From contig CAVRAY010000001.1 in NCBI GenBank assembly GCA_963719225.1, positions 832,001-896,000 on the forward strand: DNA of 64,000 nt. Direction: 5' to 3'. The stretch's first letter is position 1, and each line of letters begins with the position of its first letter. The notes beneath the pieces were generated by a model. The model saw nothing but the letters and a program-made list of their open reading frames with translations, was not told where the DNA came from and ran no database searches. The position numbers were made by a program, and so were the translations under genes. This DNA is from Thermoanaerobaculia bacterium (lineage in GTDB: Bacteria > Acidobacteriota > Thermoanaerobaculia > UBA5066). Shown here in pieces: positions 1 to 9,791 of the stretch.

Positions 1-1
1 C

Positions 2-706
2 ATCCTGCCGCTCCTGGATTACGAGACGATCCGAAGGAACCCGAAGGTCCTCTGCGGGTACAGCGACATCACGGCTCTTCTGAACGCGATCAACCGCCTG
101 ACCGGCCTCGTGACGTTCCACGGGCCCATCGGGGGCGAGATGCAGAGCGATTACACGCTGGCGGCATTCAAGAAAGTGCTCACGCAGACGGTCGCCGCCG
201 GGCGCATCGCCGAGCCGCCGCCGTTCAAGCCCTCCGAGGGCCATGTGGACGTCGAGAACCGCATCTACAAGCTGGCCTCGGGGAAGGGGAAGGGCAGGCT
301 CGTGGGCGGCAACATCAGCGTCTTCTCCACGCTCGTCGGCACGCCGTTCGAGCCGGAGCTCAAGGGCCGCATCCTCTTTCTCGAAGAGGTTGGCGAGGAG
401 CCGTACCGCATCGACCGCTGGCTCACGCAGTTCCTCCTGACCGGAAAGCTTTCGGGCCTCGCGGGTGTGGCGCTCGGGAAGTTCCACGACTGCGGCCCGA
501 AGGACTACAAGCCGAGCTTCGCCGGCATGGGCACGTGGACGTGGCAGGAGGTCTGTCAGGACCGCCTCGGCAAGCTCGGCGTCCCCGTCGTCGCGAACCT
601 CGTCTTCGGACACGTCGCCGACAAGGCGACCCTTCCGCTCGGCGTCCTCGCCGAGCTCGACGGAGGCACGGGCACGCTGACGCTTCTCGAGCCCGCGGTC
701 CGGTGA
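2..706 (+). CDS. LD-carboxypeptidase, peptidase S66 family (5' partial)
   Basis: Frame open from the window edge; GYSDIT nucleophile motif, GGN, FLEE and FGH motifs of S66. Confidence 0.9.
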   Translation: MLPLLDYETIRRNPKVLCGYSDITALLNAINRLTGLVTFHGPIGGEMQSDYTLAAFKKVLTQTVAAGRIAEPPPFKPSEGHVDVENRIYKLASGKGKGRLVGGNISVFSTLVGTPFEPELKGRILFLEEVGEEPYRIDRWLTQFLLTGKLSGLAGVALGKFHDCGPKDYKPSFAGMGTWTWQEVCQDRLGKLGVPVVANLVFGHVADKATLPLGVLAELDGGTGTLTLLEPAVR

Positions 707-710
707 CGCC

Positions 711-1364
711 GTGGCCGATGCCGACTCCCGCGCCGGCCAGAGGTACACGACTCCCGAGATCCTCGACTGGGTCGCGGCCACGCACGCGCCGCACGACGCG
801 GCGCTCGCGCGCGCGTTCGACGCCCCGGAAAAGCACGGGATGCCGGCCATCCAGCTCGGACCCTCCGAAGGGAAGGCTCTCGAGCTCCTCCTGAAGCTCG
901 CCGGCGCGCGCCGGGTCGTGGAGATCGGGACCCTCGCCGGGTACTCGGCGATCCGCGCCGCGCGAGCTCTCCCTCCGGAGGGGCACGTCCACACGATCGA
1001 GCTCGACCCGAAGCACGCGCGCATCGCGCGCGAGAATTTCGCCTCGGCGGGGCTCCAGGAGACGATCACGGTTCACGAAGGCCGGGCTCTCGACGTGCTG
1101 CCCCGGCTCGTCTCGTTCGGCCCCTTCGACGCGGTCTTCATCGACGCGGACAAGGCCAACTACGACCGTTACGGGCGCTGGGCGGCCGAGTACACGCGTC
1201 CGGGCGGCCTGCTCGTCGGCGACAACGCGTTCCTCTTCGGCAGGCTCCTCGAGGACTCGCCGGAGGCCGCCGCGATGCGCCGCTTCCACGAGGAGGCGTG
1301 CGCGCACTACGACACGGTCTGCCTTCCGACGCCAGACGGCATGTTGCTGGGCGTCCGGCTCTGA
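711..1364 (+). CDS. SAM-dependent O-methyltransferase (caffeoyl-CoA OMT/YrrM-like)
   Basis: VVEIGTLAGYS, FDAVFIDADK, DN motifs. Confidence 0.9.
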   Translation: MADADSRAGQRYTTPEILDWVAATHAPHDAALARAFDAPEKHGMPAIQLGPSEGKALELLLKLAGARRVVEIGTLAGYSAIRAARALPPEGHVHTIELDPKHARIARENFASAGLQETITVHEGRALDVLPRLVSFGPFDAVFIDADKANYDRYGRWAAEYTRPGGLLVGDNAFLFGRLLEDSPEAAAMRRFHEEACAHYDTVCLPTPDGMLLGVRL

Positions 1365-1435
1365 CGCCGATGTGAAGAGCGCGGCTTCGGCTCCGGTGAA
1401 GCGGTAGCCGGCGGCCGGAATCCGCGTCGGCGACT

Positions 1436-2860
1436 TCAGACGCCGAGGAGCAAAGACACGACGTCCTTCGCGGTGTACGAGGACGCGCCCTCTCTCAGGA
1501 AGCGCCCGATCTCCGTGAGATCGTCGCCGGACGTGAGCAGCGGCTTCTCCTTCAGGGCATCGCTCCTCACCTGCGCGTGGCCGATGTTCGCGAGAAGGGC
1601 GTTGCAGAGGCAGCGCCGCCCTTCCGTGTCGGCCGTGGAGCCCCCCTTCGCCGCAAAGGTCGTGGCCGGCTCGGACGGGCACCGATAGCCGATCGACGCA
1701 TCGTCGCGCCGGTACGCCTCGCGCAGGTAGCCGAGGTCGCAGATGCGCATGCGAAGGAGGTAATCCTCTTCCTCCGAAAGGCTGCCTTCCATGCGGGCGA
1801 CCTTGAACGGGAAGCCGGTCGGAGAGGCGACCGGATGCGTGAAGACGTTCGCGGTGCCGGCCAGAGCCATCTTCAGGATGTGCTCCTTGTAGCGGGCGTC
1901 GAGCCCCGACTCCTCGCAGAAGGCGAACGCCGTCCCGACCTGGATCCCCGCCGCGCCAGCCGCGAGCGCCTCGTCGAGACCCTCTCTCGTGCCGTGTCCC
2001 CCCGCGAGCCAGAACGGAAGACCCAGCTCGCGGACCTTCGCGAGATCGATGGCATCCCGCTCCCCGTAGACCGGCTCGCCGGCGGCCGAGAGCTGCATCC
2101 GCCCGCGGGGCGGGGCGTTGTGGCCTCCCGCCGTCGGTCCCTCCACGATGAAGCCGTCCACGCGGCCGTTCGCCTTCCTCACGAGCGTCAGCGCGAGCGT
2201 GTAGGACGAGATGATCGGGAGGAAAAAGGGACGCTTCAACGGAGGGGGAGGCGCGCCGCCTTCGCTCAATTCCCCGGGCTCGAACCGCAGCAGATGATCG
2301 TCGCCTTCCTGCGAATCCGTCACGTTCAGCGGGTAGGTCGAGGGCTCGTGGTTCACGAAGAGGTCGAGGACGAGCGGCACCTTGAGCGGAATTCCGGCGC
2401 CCATCAGGACGTAATCGACCCCCGCCAGCATCGCGCCGTACAGGGACGGAAGAACCGGGAGCTGGATCTTCTCGAGGAAGTTGATCCCGACGAGTCCTTC
2501 ATGGCCTTCCCGGGCGAGGAACACCTCGGTGAAGGAGCCGGCCACGCACAGCTCCAGGAGCTCCCTCGGACTCGTCATCGAGTGCATCGGTACGGCGCGA
2601 TAAGGCTTGTCCGGCGCCTTGCCGCCCTCCACGAAGTACCGATCGAGGATCCGCGCGGCGGCCCGCGGGAACGGGAAGCGGGAGAGCGCGCGTCGGACGT
2701 GACCTCCCGGATCGCCGTCCTGCAGCCGGCGGGCCAGGACCACGTCGAGCGCCGTTCCCGCGGCGACACCGAGCTGCCCCAGCGACGAGACGGCCTGGGC
2801 CAGCCTCCATCCGGAAACGCCGACCCCCATTCCCCCCTGGATGATTCTCGGGTGTTGCAT
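1436..2860 (-). CDS. Nitronate monooxygenase / 2-nitropropane dioxygenase family flavoprotein
   Basis: Starts MQHPRIIQGGMGVGVS; EGPTAGGHN and GIQVGTAF motifs; start reassigned to ATG 2860. Confidence 0.85.
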   Translation of the reverse strand: MQHPRIIQGGMGVGVSGWRLAQAVSSLGQLGVAAGTALDVVLARRLQDGDPGGHVRRALSRFPFPRAAARILDRYFVEGGKAPDKPYRAVPMHSMTSPRELLELCVAGSFTEVFLAREGHEGLVGINFLEKIQLPVLPSLYGAMLAGVDYVLMGAGIPLKVPLVLDLFVNHEPSTYPLNVTDSQEGDDHLLRFEPGELSEGGAPPPPLKRPFFLPIISSYTLALTLVRKANGRVDGFIVEGPTAGGHNAPPRGRMQLSAAGEPVYGERDAIDLAKVRELGLPFWLAGGHGTREGLDEALAAGAAGIQVGTAFAFCEESGLDARYKEHILKMALAGTANVFTHPVASPTGFPFKVARMEGSLSEEEDYLLRMRICDLGYLREAYRRDDASIGYRCPSEPATTFAAKGGSTADTEGRRCLCNALLANIGHAQVRSDALKEKPLLTSGDDLTEIGRFLREGASSYTAKDVVSLLLGV

Positions 2861-2921
2861 CGTATTGCTCGCGTTTTCGCCGGGGAACGAGCCACGCACG
2901 CCCCGGCCCCCGCGGCCGGGG

Positions 2922-2948
2922 AGAACCATTTTCCGCCGAATGCGTCTT
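2922..2948 (+). promoter_or_regulatory. Putative ECF sigma promoter, copy 1
   Basis: AGAACC-N15-CGTCTT upstream of ATG 2967; same spacing at 3763 and 5425. Confidence 0.6.
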
Positions 2949-2966
2949 TCCGCATAGAGGTTCCTC

Positions 2967-3749
2967 ATGAAACACCTCCTTCGCGGAGCCCTGATCCTCC
3001 TCCTCGCGGCTTCTCCGGCCTTCGCCGAGCGCACGGTCTCGAAGACGCTCCCCCTCGCGGCAGACGGCAAGGTCACGATCGACACGTACAAAGGCAGCAT
3101 CCGCGTGACGCCCTGGGACCGCGCCGAAGTCGCCGTCGAGGCGCGGATCGTCCCGGACGACAGCTGCGGGTCGGAGCGGGATCAGAAGAGGTGGATGGAC
3201 GCTACGGAAGTCATCATCGAGCCGAGCGGCCGGAACGTGCGGATCGAGTCCGACCACGACAGGCTCGAGACGACGTGGGGCTTCTTCGGAGGCTGCACGA
3301 GCCGTCCGTTCGTCCACTACAGAGTCAGCCTGCCACGCGCGTCCACGCTCCGAATCCACGACTACAAGTCCGACACGGACGTCAAGGACTTCGCAGGCCA
3401 TCTCTCGCTCGAGACGTACAAGGGAACAGTCTCGCTCGCCGGCCTCTCGGGAGCTCTCGACCTGAAGACGTACAAGGGCGAGGTCCGGGCGGAATTCAAG
3501 CGTCTTTCGGGAGCCGTGCATGCGGAGACCTACAAGGGCGACGTGACCCTGACGTTCCCCGCCCAGGCGGCCTTCGAGCTGAGCGCGGACGCCGGCCGCA
3601 GGGGCGAGATCGTCTCGGACTTCGAGGGAGCGGGCCCGATTCGCTCCTCGCGGCGGTCCGGGCTTCGCTCTTCCGCGACGGTGAACGGGGGCGGCCCGCG
3701 CGTCACGCTGTCTACGGACAAGGGAAGGCTCTCGATCCGCCGGGGTTGA
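2967..3749 (+). CDS. Exported DUF4097 (adhesin-like beta-strand repeat) protein
   Basis: Signal peptide ending AFA; repeated TYKG beta-strand units; C-terminal NGGGP motif. Confidence 0.8.
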   Translation: MKHLLRGALILLLAASPAFAERTVSKTLPLAADGKVTIDTYKGSIRVTPWDRAEVAVEARIVPDDSCGSERDQKRWMDATEVIIEPSGRNVRIESDHDRLETTWGFFGGCTSRPFVHYRVSLPRASTLRIHDYKSDTDVKDFAGHLSLETYKGTVSLAGLSGALDLKTYKGEVRAEFKRLSGAVHAETYKGDVTLTFPAQAAFELSADAGRRGEIVSDFEGAGPIRSSRRSGLRSSATVNGGGPRVTLSTDKGRLSIRRG

Positions 3750-3762
3750 GGCCCCTCGCACC

Positions 3763-3789
3763 GTAACCTTCCGGCCGGCGCACCGTCAT
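3763..3789 (+). promoter_or_regulatory. Putative ECF sigma promoter, copy 2 (autoregulatory)
   Basis: GTAACC-N15-CGTCAT, 6 nt before GTG 3796. Confidence 0.6.
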
Positions 3790-3795
3790 ACTCCC

Positions 3796-4428
3796 GTGAG
3801 TGCTGCCGTTTCGGCCGTTCCGGCCTTGGAGGCGTGCGTGGAAGCTCCCGGCGCGAACCCGGACCTGGAAGCGGATCTCGAGTCGATGGAGCAGGTTCGC
3901 CGCGGCGAGGCCGCGGGAGCGGCACGGCTGTTCCACCGCTATGCGGCGCCTCTCCTGAGGTTCACCGGCCGCATCCTCGGCGACCCGGCGGAGGCCGAGG
4001 AGATCACCCAGGACGTCTTTCTCAAGCTCATGGTGCGTGCCGACCAGTACGACGGACGCGCGCCGGTGGCCTCGTGGCTCTTCGCGATCGCGACGAACGC
4101 GTGCCGCGACCGCCTGCGCCGGACCGTCCGTCGGCCGAGCGTCACCCTCGAGGCCGTCGCCGAGGTGAGAGAGCCCGGGATTCCGGTGGACGAGCGGCTG
4201 GCGGAACGGCAGCGGCGCGAGGCCGTCCGGCGGGCGCTCGCCGAGCTCTCCGACGAACAGCGCGAGGCGCTCGTCCTCGCGCGCTATCACGGGATGCCCT
4301 ACGCGGAGATCGCCCGCACGCTCGACATCAGCGAAGGGGCGGTGAAAACGCGGATCTTCCGGGCCATGGAGACGCTCAAGGCCCATTTCTCCGAAGGAGA
4401 CTCGTCATGGAATGCCGCCAGGCTCTGA
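3796..4428 (+). CDS. ECF RNA polymerase sigma-70 factor
   Basis: AEEITQDVF, WLFAIATN (region 2); YAEIA...EGAVKTRIFRA (region 4). Confidence 0.92.
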   Translation: MSAAVSAVPALEACVEAPGANPDLEADLESMEQVRRGEAAGAARLFHRYAAPLLRFTGRILGDPAEAEEITQDVFLKLMVRADQYDGRAPVASWLFAIATNACRDRLRRTVRRPSVTLEAVAEVREPGIPVDERLAERQRREAVRRALAELSDEQREALVLARYHGMPYAEIARTLDISEGAVKTRIFRAMETLKAHFSEGDSSWNAARL

Positions 4429-5420
4429 AGCTCCGGGACCTCGTCCTCGTCCGCCTCGCTGGATCGCAGGCGTCGCCGGAGGACATGTCGTTCCTCGCCT
4501 CCCACCTCGCGTCATGCGAGACCTGCCGCGCGGAAGCGGCGGGAATCGAGTCCGTGTGGGCGCGGCTCGGGGACGACGACGGGGCCGATCTCGTCCCTTC
4601 GGCAGCGTTCGTCGCGCGCACATCGGCCGCAATCGCCGCCGAGAGCCGCGCGCGACGCGAAAACGTCGTCCCGTTCCGCCCGCGTCGGGCTCTCGACTCT
4701 CTCGCGAAGGCCGCGGCCCTGCTGCTCGCGGGCGGGCTCGGATTCCTCGTCGCCCGGACCGGGAACGGCCCTCGGCTCCCCGTGGGCGTCGCCGCGCTCC
4801 CCACGCCGAACGGGCGCGGCGAGAACGTCTCGCTCGTCGCGAATCGCACGGTGGACGCCTCCCGCGCTTCGCTCGACCTCTCGAGCAAGCCACGCCTCGC
4901 GAACGCGACGTATCGCGCCGCGGAGGAGCCGGGGAAGATCGCCGTCTCGTTCGACGTGACGACCCGCTACACGGTCGTCGGACGTCCGGAAGAAAAGGGC
5001 GTGGCGGATCTTCTCGTCTCGCTGATGTCGGGCGCCGCGGAGACGGAAGGCGCACGGGGCCGGGTTCTCGATTTCGTCTCGGCGACGACGCGCGAGGGCG
5101 CGGCCGTCTCTCCCGAGATCGTGAACCTCCTCCGCCGCACGCTCCAATCGGACAAGAATCCGAGCGTGAGGAAGAAGGCGGCCGAGGCTCTCGTGCAGAT
5201 GCCGCCCACTCCCGAGATCCGCGATGCCCTCGCGCACGCGCTGAAGGCCGACGTGAACCCCGCCGTCCGGATCCTCGCGGTGGAAGGGCTCGCGAAATCC
5301 GCCTCGGTGCTGAAGGACCAGAAGACGATCGAAACCCTGAGACAGAAGGCCGGAGACGACCGCGAGAACGGCTACGTGCGCAGCCAGGCCGCGCTCGCGC
5401 TGAAAGGTCTCGAGATCTGA
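4407..5420 (+). CDS. Anti-sigma factor (zinc-finger, TM helix, C-terminal HEAT repeats)
   Basis: HLASCETC (HxxxCxxC), TM helix, NPSVRKKAAEAL / NPAVRILAVEGL repeats; AGGAG RBS before ATG 4407. Confidence 0.85.
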   Translation: MECRQALKLRDLVLVRLAGSQASPEDMSFLASHLASCETCRAEAAGIESVWARLGDDDGADLVPSAAFVARTSAAIAAESRARRENVVPFRPRRALDSLAKAAALLLAGGLGFLVARTGNGPRLPVGVAALPTPNGRGENVSLVANRTVDASRASLDLSSKPRLANATYRAAEEPGKIAVSFDVTTRYTVVGRPEEKGVADLLVSLMSGAAETEGARGRVLDFVSATTREGAAVSPEIVNLLRRTLQSDKNPSVRKKAAEALVQMPPTPEIRDALAHALKADVNPAVRILAVEGLAKSASVLKDQKTIETLRQKAGDDRENGYVRSQAALALKGLEI

Positions 5421-5424
5421 TGCC

Positions 5425-5451
5425 GATACTTTTCTTCCACGGGAGCGTCTT
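5425..5451 (+). promoter_or_regulatory. Putative ECF sigma promoter, copy 3
   Basis: GATACT-N15-CGTCTT, 6 nt before ATG 5458. Confidence 0.5.
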
Positions 5452-5457
5452 GTCATC

Positions 5458-7416
5458 ATGAGCACGACCTCTTTCCCCTCCTCTTCGAACGAGGCCCGCA
5501 CGCGCGGCAGAAACCGCGTCGTCGTCTGGGCGCTCCTCATCGCGGCTCTCGTCCTCCTCACGCTCGCGGCCGGCCTCCGCGCCGACGCGAGAGGGGAATC
5601 GTCCGCCCACGCGAGCCGGACTCAGAACTTCGTCGCTTCGGGCAACCTGAAATCCCTCACCGTCGAGAACGTCAACGGCAGCGTCGAGATCCTCGCCGGT
5701 CCGTCGTTCAAGGCCGACGTCGACGTGACCGTCTATGCGCCCACCGAGGAGATCGCCCGAAAGAAGCTCGACGACGTCAAGGTCCGCTTCGACAACGAGA
5801 ACGGTGAGCTCGCGCTCTACACGGAAGAGCCCGGCGTCATCGTGCGGCGGCGCGGGCGGGGCTGGAACGTTCACAGCGACCACGACGACGACACGTGGCG
5901 GACCGAAGTGAAGTACCGAATCACGTCGCCTCCGGGTCTCGCGCTCAGCGTCTCGACCGTGAACGGTGCCGTGAGCGTCCTGGACGCGGCCGCGCCCGTG
6001 GATCTGTCCACGGTGAACGGCAAGATCGACGTCAACCGTGCGCGCCGCGAAGCGAAGCTCAATACCGTGAACGGGGCGATTCACGCCACGTTCGCCGAGC
6101 TCCCGAGGGGCGCGAGCGTGGACGTCCGTACCGTCAACGGCGGCATCGAGCTCGTGCTTCCCGCGAAGGCCGGCTTCCACTTCGAGGGCCACACGATGAG
6201 CGGCGAGATCCTCTCGTCGTTCGCCCTTCCCGCGGCCCCCGAGGATGACGAAGTGTCGCGCGCACGCGACGAGTCGAGGGCCGCGCGCGACAAGATCAAG
6301 GCCGAGCGCGCCAAGATCAAGGCCGAGATCAAGGAGAAGAGGCACAAGGCCAGGAAGAGCGACGAAGGCGACGACGGCCTCATCGACCTCAACGAGCTGA
6401 ACGAGGCGCTCCAGGACTTGAACCGCGAGATGCAGGAGATGAGCCGCGAGATCTCCCGGTCGGTCACCGTCCGCATGAACCGCGCGTACGAAGGCACCGT
6501 GGGCGGCGGCGGCGCGAACGTGCGCTGCTCGAACCTGAACGGCCGAATCCTCCTCCTGGCGGAGGGCACGACGGAAGCCCAGGCCAAGAGACTCACGTCG
6601 GGGCGCGGGCCGATCATCGTGTCCGTGACGTCGCCCGCTCGGGCGCCCCGGGCCGTGATCCCGCCCGTCCCTCCGGCACCTCACCCGGCCCCGGCGCCTC
6701 GTGCCGCGGCCGCACCGCCGGTGCCGCCGGTGCCGGATCCCTGGGGGCGCTCGATCTCGAAGGGCGACTTGGAAGGCGACCTCCTCCTCTCTCACGCGCC
6801 GGGCGACGTCACGGCCGGCCAGGTCGGAGGCCGCGTGAAGATCTCGACGCAGTCCGGCCAGATCCACGTGAAATCCGCCGGCAAGGGCGCGGAGCTCTCG
6901 TCCGCGGGCGGCGACATCCGCATCGAGAGCGTGATGGGCGACCTCAAGGCGACGACTTCGGGGGGCGACATCCGCGCCGGCGCCGTCAGCGGCGATGCGC
7001 GGCTCGAGACGGCCGGAGGCGACCTCACCGTCCGTTCGGCGGGGGGGTCGGTGGCGGCCCGGACGGGCGGGGGCGACATCACGTTGAGGAAGGTCCATGG
7101 TCCGGTCGTGGCGCGGACGTCCGGGGGCACGATCGTCTGCGAGATCTCGAGCGCGGCGGCGCCGGGCGGAGAGCTCGTGACGAACGGGGGCGACGTGACG
7201 ATCACGCTTCCGTCCAACTACCGCGCCGACATCGACGTCCGCGTCTCCGGCGCGGAGATGGAAGCGGATGCCATCTCGTCGCAGTTTCCGGACGTCGTCA
7301 TCACGCGCCGGCCGGGCTCGATCTCGGGCGAAGGAAAGCTCAACGGAGGCGGCCCGAAGCTGATCATCCGCTCGACGTCCGGCTCGGTATTGCTCCGCAA
7401 GGGACCTTCGGCCTGA
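5458..7416 (+). CDS. Exported protein with two DUF4097-type repeat regions, coiled coil and Pro-rich linker
   Basis: N-terminal hydrophobic segment; TVNG repeats, then SGGDI repeats; LNGGGP end. Confidence 0.8.
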   Translation: MSTTSFPSSSNEARTRGRNRVVVWALLIAALVLLTLAAGLRADARGESSAHASRTQNFVASGNLKSLTVENVNGSVEILAGPSFKADVDVTVYAPTEEIARKKLDDVKVRFDNENGELALYTEEPGVIVRRRGRGWNVHSDHDDDTWRTEVKYRITSPPGLALSVSTVNGAVSVLDAAAPVDLSTVNGKIDVNRARREAKLNTVNGAIHATFAELPRGASVDVRTVNGGIELVLPAKAGFHFEGHTMSGEILSSFALPAAPEDDEVSRARDESRAARDKIKAERAKIKAEIKEKRHKARKSDEGDDGLIDLNELNEALQDLNREMQEMSREISRSVTVRMNRAYEGTVGGGGANVRCSNLNGRILLLAEGTTEAQAKRLTSGRGPIIVSVTSPARAPRAVIPPVPPAPHPAPAPRAAAAPPVPPVPDPWGRSISKGDLEGDLLLSHAPGDVTAGQVGGRVKISTQSGQIHVKSAGKGAELSSAGGDIRIESVMGDLKATTSGGDIRAGAVSGDARLETAGGDLTVRSAGGSVAARTGGGDITLRKVHGPVVARTSGGTIVCEISSAAAPGGELVTNGGDVTITLPSNYRADIDVRVSGAEMEADAISSQFPDVVITRRPGSISGEGKLNGGGPKLIIRSTSGSVLLRKGPSA

Positions 7417-7590
7417 CGGCGCGCCGTCCGCCCTCCGGCGGCGCTCTCCGTTACAATGGGTCCAGACATGGGCTCGGCTTCACCTCCTCCGACTTCGCGT
7501 CCGCCTGGCGCCCGTCCGGCGTCGGGCGGCGAGGGAGTCCCGCAGGCTGCGGTTTCCTCGCGCTATCACTTCGACGATCGCAAGGTCTCG

Positions 7591-8076
7591 ATGGGCCCCT
7601 CTGGGACCACGATCCTGCTCGCGATCGCCGCCATCGGAATCGGGCTGTGGATCTACTACAAGCCGCCGGGCGAGGTCGGGCCCCAAGCTCTTCAGAAGTA
7701 CAGCGGCTTCGAATCGAACATGGAGACCGTCGTCCTGCGCAACTGCTCGCCGCCGGGCTGCGCGGCCGTCTATCTGACGCCGACGGTCGGCGGCAAGTAC
7801 AAGGAAACGTTGCCCCAGGCCGTCACGGTAGCCGGGCAGCTCGAGCAGCAGGGCATCGAATGCTTCATCGTGTTCGGCGAAGAGCCCGTGAAGGAGGCGG
7901 TCAAGCGCGCGCGCGGAGTGCGCCGGCCGGTCGTCATCGATCCCCACGGCGATTGGGCGAGGGAGTCGGGCATCGAGAAGGCGCCCTACTGGATCGCGTG
8001 GCGCACGGGGGGGAAGATACGCCTGAGAAGCCAGGAACCGGTCACGGCCGCAGACATCGCAGCCGCCATCCGCTGA
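7591..8076 (+). CDS. Membrane-anchored hypothetical protein, possible degenerate thioredoxin-like fold
   Basis: TM helix then soluble domain; start uncertain (7456/7468/7591). Confidence 0.55.
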   Translation: MGPSGTTILLAIAAIGIGLWIYYKPPGEVGPQALQKYSGFESNMETVVLRNCSPPGCAAVYLTPTVGGKYKETLPQAVTVAGQLEQQGIECFIVFGEEPVKEAVKRARGVRRPVVIDPHGDWARESGIEKAPYWIAWRTGGKIRLRSQEPVTAADIAAAIR

Positions 8077-8084
8077 GAGGTCCA

Positions 8085-8672
8085 TTGGCTTCCCGAGGTC
8101 CCGGACCCGTCGTCGAGGCCAGTTATGCCGCAGCTCTCGGCGACGACGATCCGGTGTCCGTCATGGCCGAGACGCCCGACCTCGTCCGGAAGCTGATCCG
8201 GGGCCTGACCGAGAGGCAGCTCGAAACGAAACCGGCTCCGGGCAAGTGGTGCATCAAGGAGATCGTCGCGCACCTCGCCGACACCGAAGTCATCGTCGGG
8301 AGCCGGTATCGCTTCATCGGCGCGCACGACCGCCCGCCGCTCCCCGTCACGGACCAGGACGCATTCGTGGAACGGCTCGGATCCATGAACGCGAGAGCCG
8401 TCGACCTCGCGGACGACTTCGCGATGGCGCGGGCCGTGAACCTCGGTCTCCTCGAGCGCCTTCCCGAAGAGGCGTGGGACCGCATCGGCGTGCACGAAGA
8501 GCGGGGCGACGAGTCGATCCGGTCGATGGTGGCGACCTACGCGGGACACGACCGAATCCACCTCGGCCAGATCGAGACGATCAGGACAGGACTCTTTCCG
8601 AAGGCCCGAAAGAAGCGGGCGAGACGAAAGCTCCCGAGGCCGGCCTCCGGGAAGAAGGCCAAACGGCGCTGA
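8085..8672 (+). CDS. DinB/YfiT family protein
   Basis: PGKWCIKEIVAHLADTE and GHDRIHLGQI motifs; TTG start after GAGAGG. Confidence 0.85.
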   Translation: MASRGPGPVVEASYAAALGDDDPVSVMAETPDLVRKLIRGLTERQLETKPAPGKWCIKEIVAHLADTEVIVGSRYRFIGAHDRPPLPVTDQDAFVERLGSMNARAVDLADDFAMARAVNLGLLERLPEEAWDRIGVHEERGDESIRSMVATYAGHDRIHLGQIETIRTGLFPKARKKRARRKLPRPASGKKAKRR

Positions 8673-9791
8673 TCACTCCCGGGTGGCGCGCGCCGCCCAC
8701 CGTGCGATCGGCGCTCCCGCCGGAGTGACGAGGCGAGACGCGACGCCGCCGGAGAAAAATGGGCGGAACAGTCGCGAGAGGAGAAACCGCTTGCCCGCGA
8801 TTTCGCGGTGCCGGCGAAAGTGGGCGCGGCGAAGACCTTCGGCGTCGAGTCGCTCCGCGATGAAATCGGCGAGCGGCGCGGCCACGGCCTCTCCGAAGAG
8901 CAACGCGAGCGACATTCCCGTGCCGGTGTACGGGTCGATCACGCCCGCGGCGTCGCCGACGCAGAGGACGTCTCCCGCCACGGCCCCATGGCGGCCGAGG
9001 TAAAGGGGCTCCGAGATCAGCGGGGGACCCGACACGGGCGTAAGCCCCTCGAGATCGGCGGCGAGTGCGTGGCTCTTGCGGGAGGCCTCCGAAAGAAGCT
9101 CGTCGAGGGAAGCGTGAGCCTTCTTCGCGACTGCCGCCGTCACGAGGCCTGCGAGATTGACGCGGCCGTCCTCGATGCGCGAGAGGCCGAGATAGCCCCC
9201 TTCTAAGAAATGCAGGACCGCGCGGCTGGAAAGCCGTTCGCCGATTCCAGTGAACTGCTTTCCAAAGCCGAACAAGCAAGATTTTCTTCGAATGAACGTG
9301 CGGCCGAGGCGTCCGTCCAAAGGGCTGTAGCGTCCCCACGCGCCCACGGCCGCGCGCGCTCTCAGCTCAAACCCCGGTCCCTTGATGAGGAAGCCTTCCT
9401 GAAGATCGCCTTCCAGCGACAGAACGGTGGCGCCGAATCGCATTTCGGCGCCCGCTCGCTCGGCGGCATCGGCCGCGAGGGAATCCAGACATTTCCGTGA
9501 AATCGACATCACGGGTCTTGGAAGCTGGGCCTCCACGGAGGTGCCATCGCGCCGAACGAGTCGGAAATGCGTGATCGTTTCCGCTCCCTTCTTTCCAAGC
9601 TCTTCTCCGAATCCCATCCTGGCGAGCACCGGGAGAGCCTCGTGCGAGAGGAAGCAACCACAGACCTTCTCGCGCGGAAAGCGCGCTTTCTCGAGGACGA
9701 CGACGCGCGCGCCGGCGCGCGCGAGGGCGCATGCGGCGGCAGAGCCCGCAAGGCTGCCGCCGATGACGGCGACGTCGCACGCGTCCTTCAG
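8673..9791 (-). CDS. NAD(P)/FAD-dependent oxidoreductase (geranylgeranyl reductase-like); probable CTG start
   Basis: DVAVIGGSLAG Rossmann motif and FPREKVCG lie upstream of the first canonical start; VGDAAGVIDPYTGTGM motif. Confidence 0.85.
   Translation of the reverse strand: MKDACDVAVIGGSLAGSAAACALARAGARVVVLEKARFPREKVCGCFLSHEALPVLARMGFGEELGKKGAETITHFRLVRRDGTSVEAQLPRPVMSISRKCLDSLAADAAERAGAEMRFGATVLSLEGDLQEGFLIKGPGFELRARAAVGAWGRYSPLDGRLGRTFIRRKSCLFGFGKQFTGIGERLSSRAVLHFLEGGYLGLSRIEDGRVNLAGLVTAAVAKKAHASLDELLSEASRKSHALAADLEGLTPVSGPPLISEPLYLGRHGAVAGDVLCVGDAAGVIDPYTGTGMSLALLFGEAVAAPLADFIAERLDAEGLRRAHFRRHREIAGKRFLLSRLFRPFFSGGVASRLVTPAGAPIARWAARATRE

Noticed and set aside
1365-1432. Long GC-rich hairpin between convergent genes as an ncRNA
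   Set aside because: No recognisable RNA family features; adequately explained as a terminator-like structure
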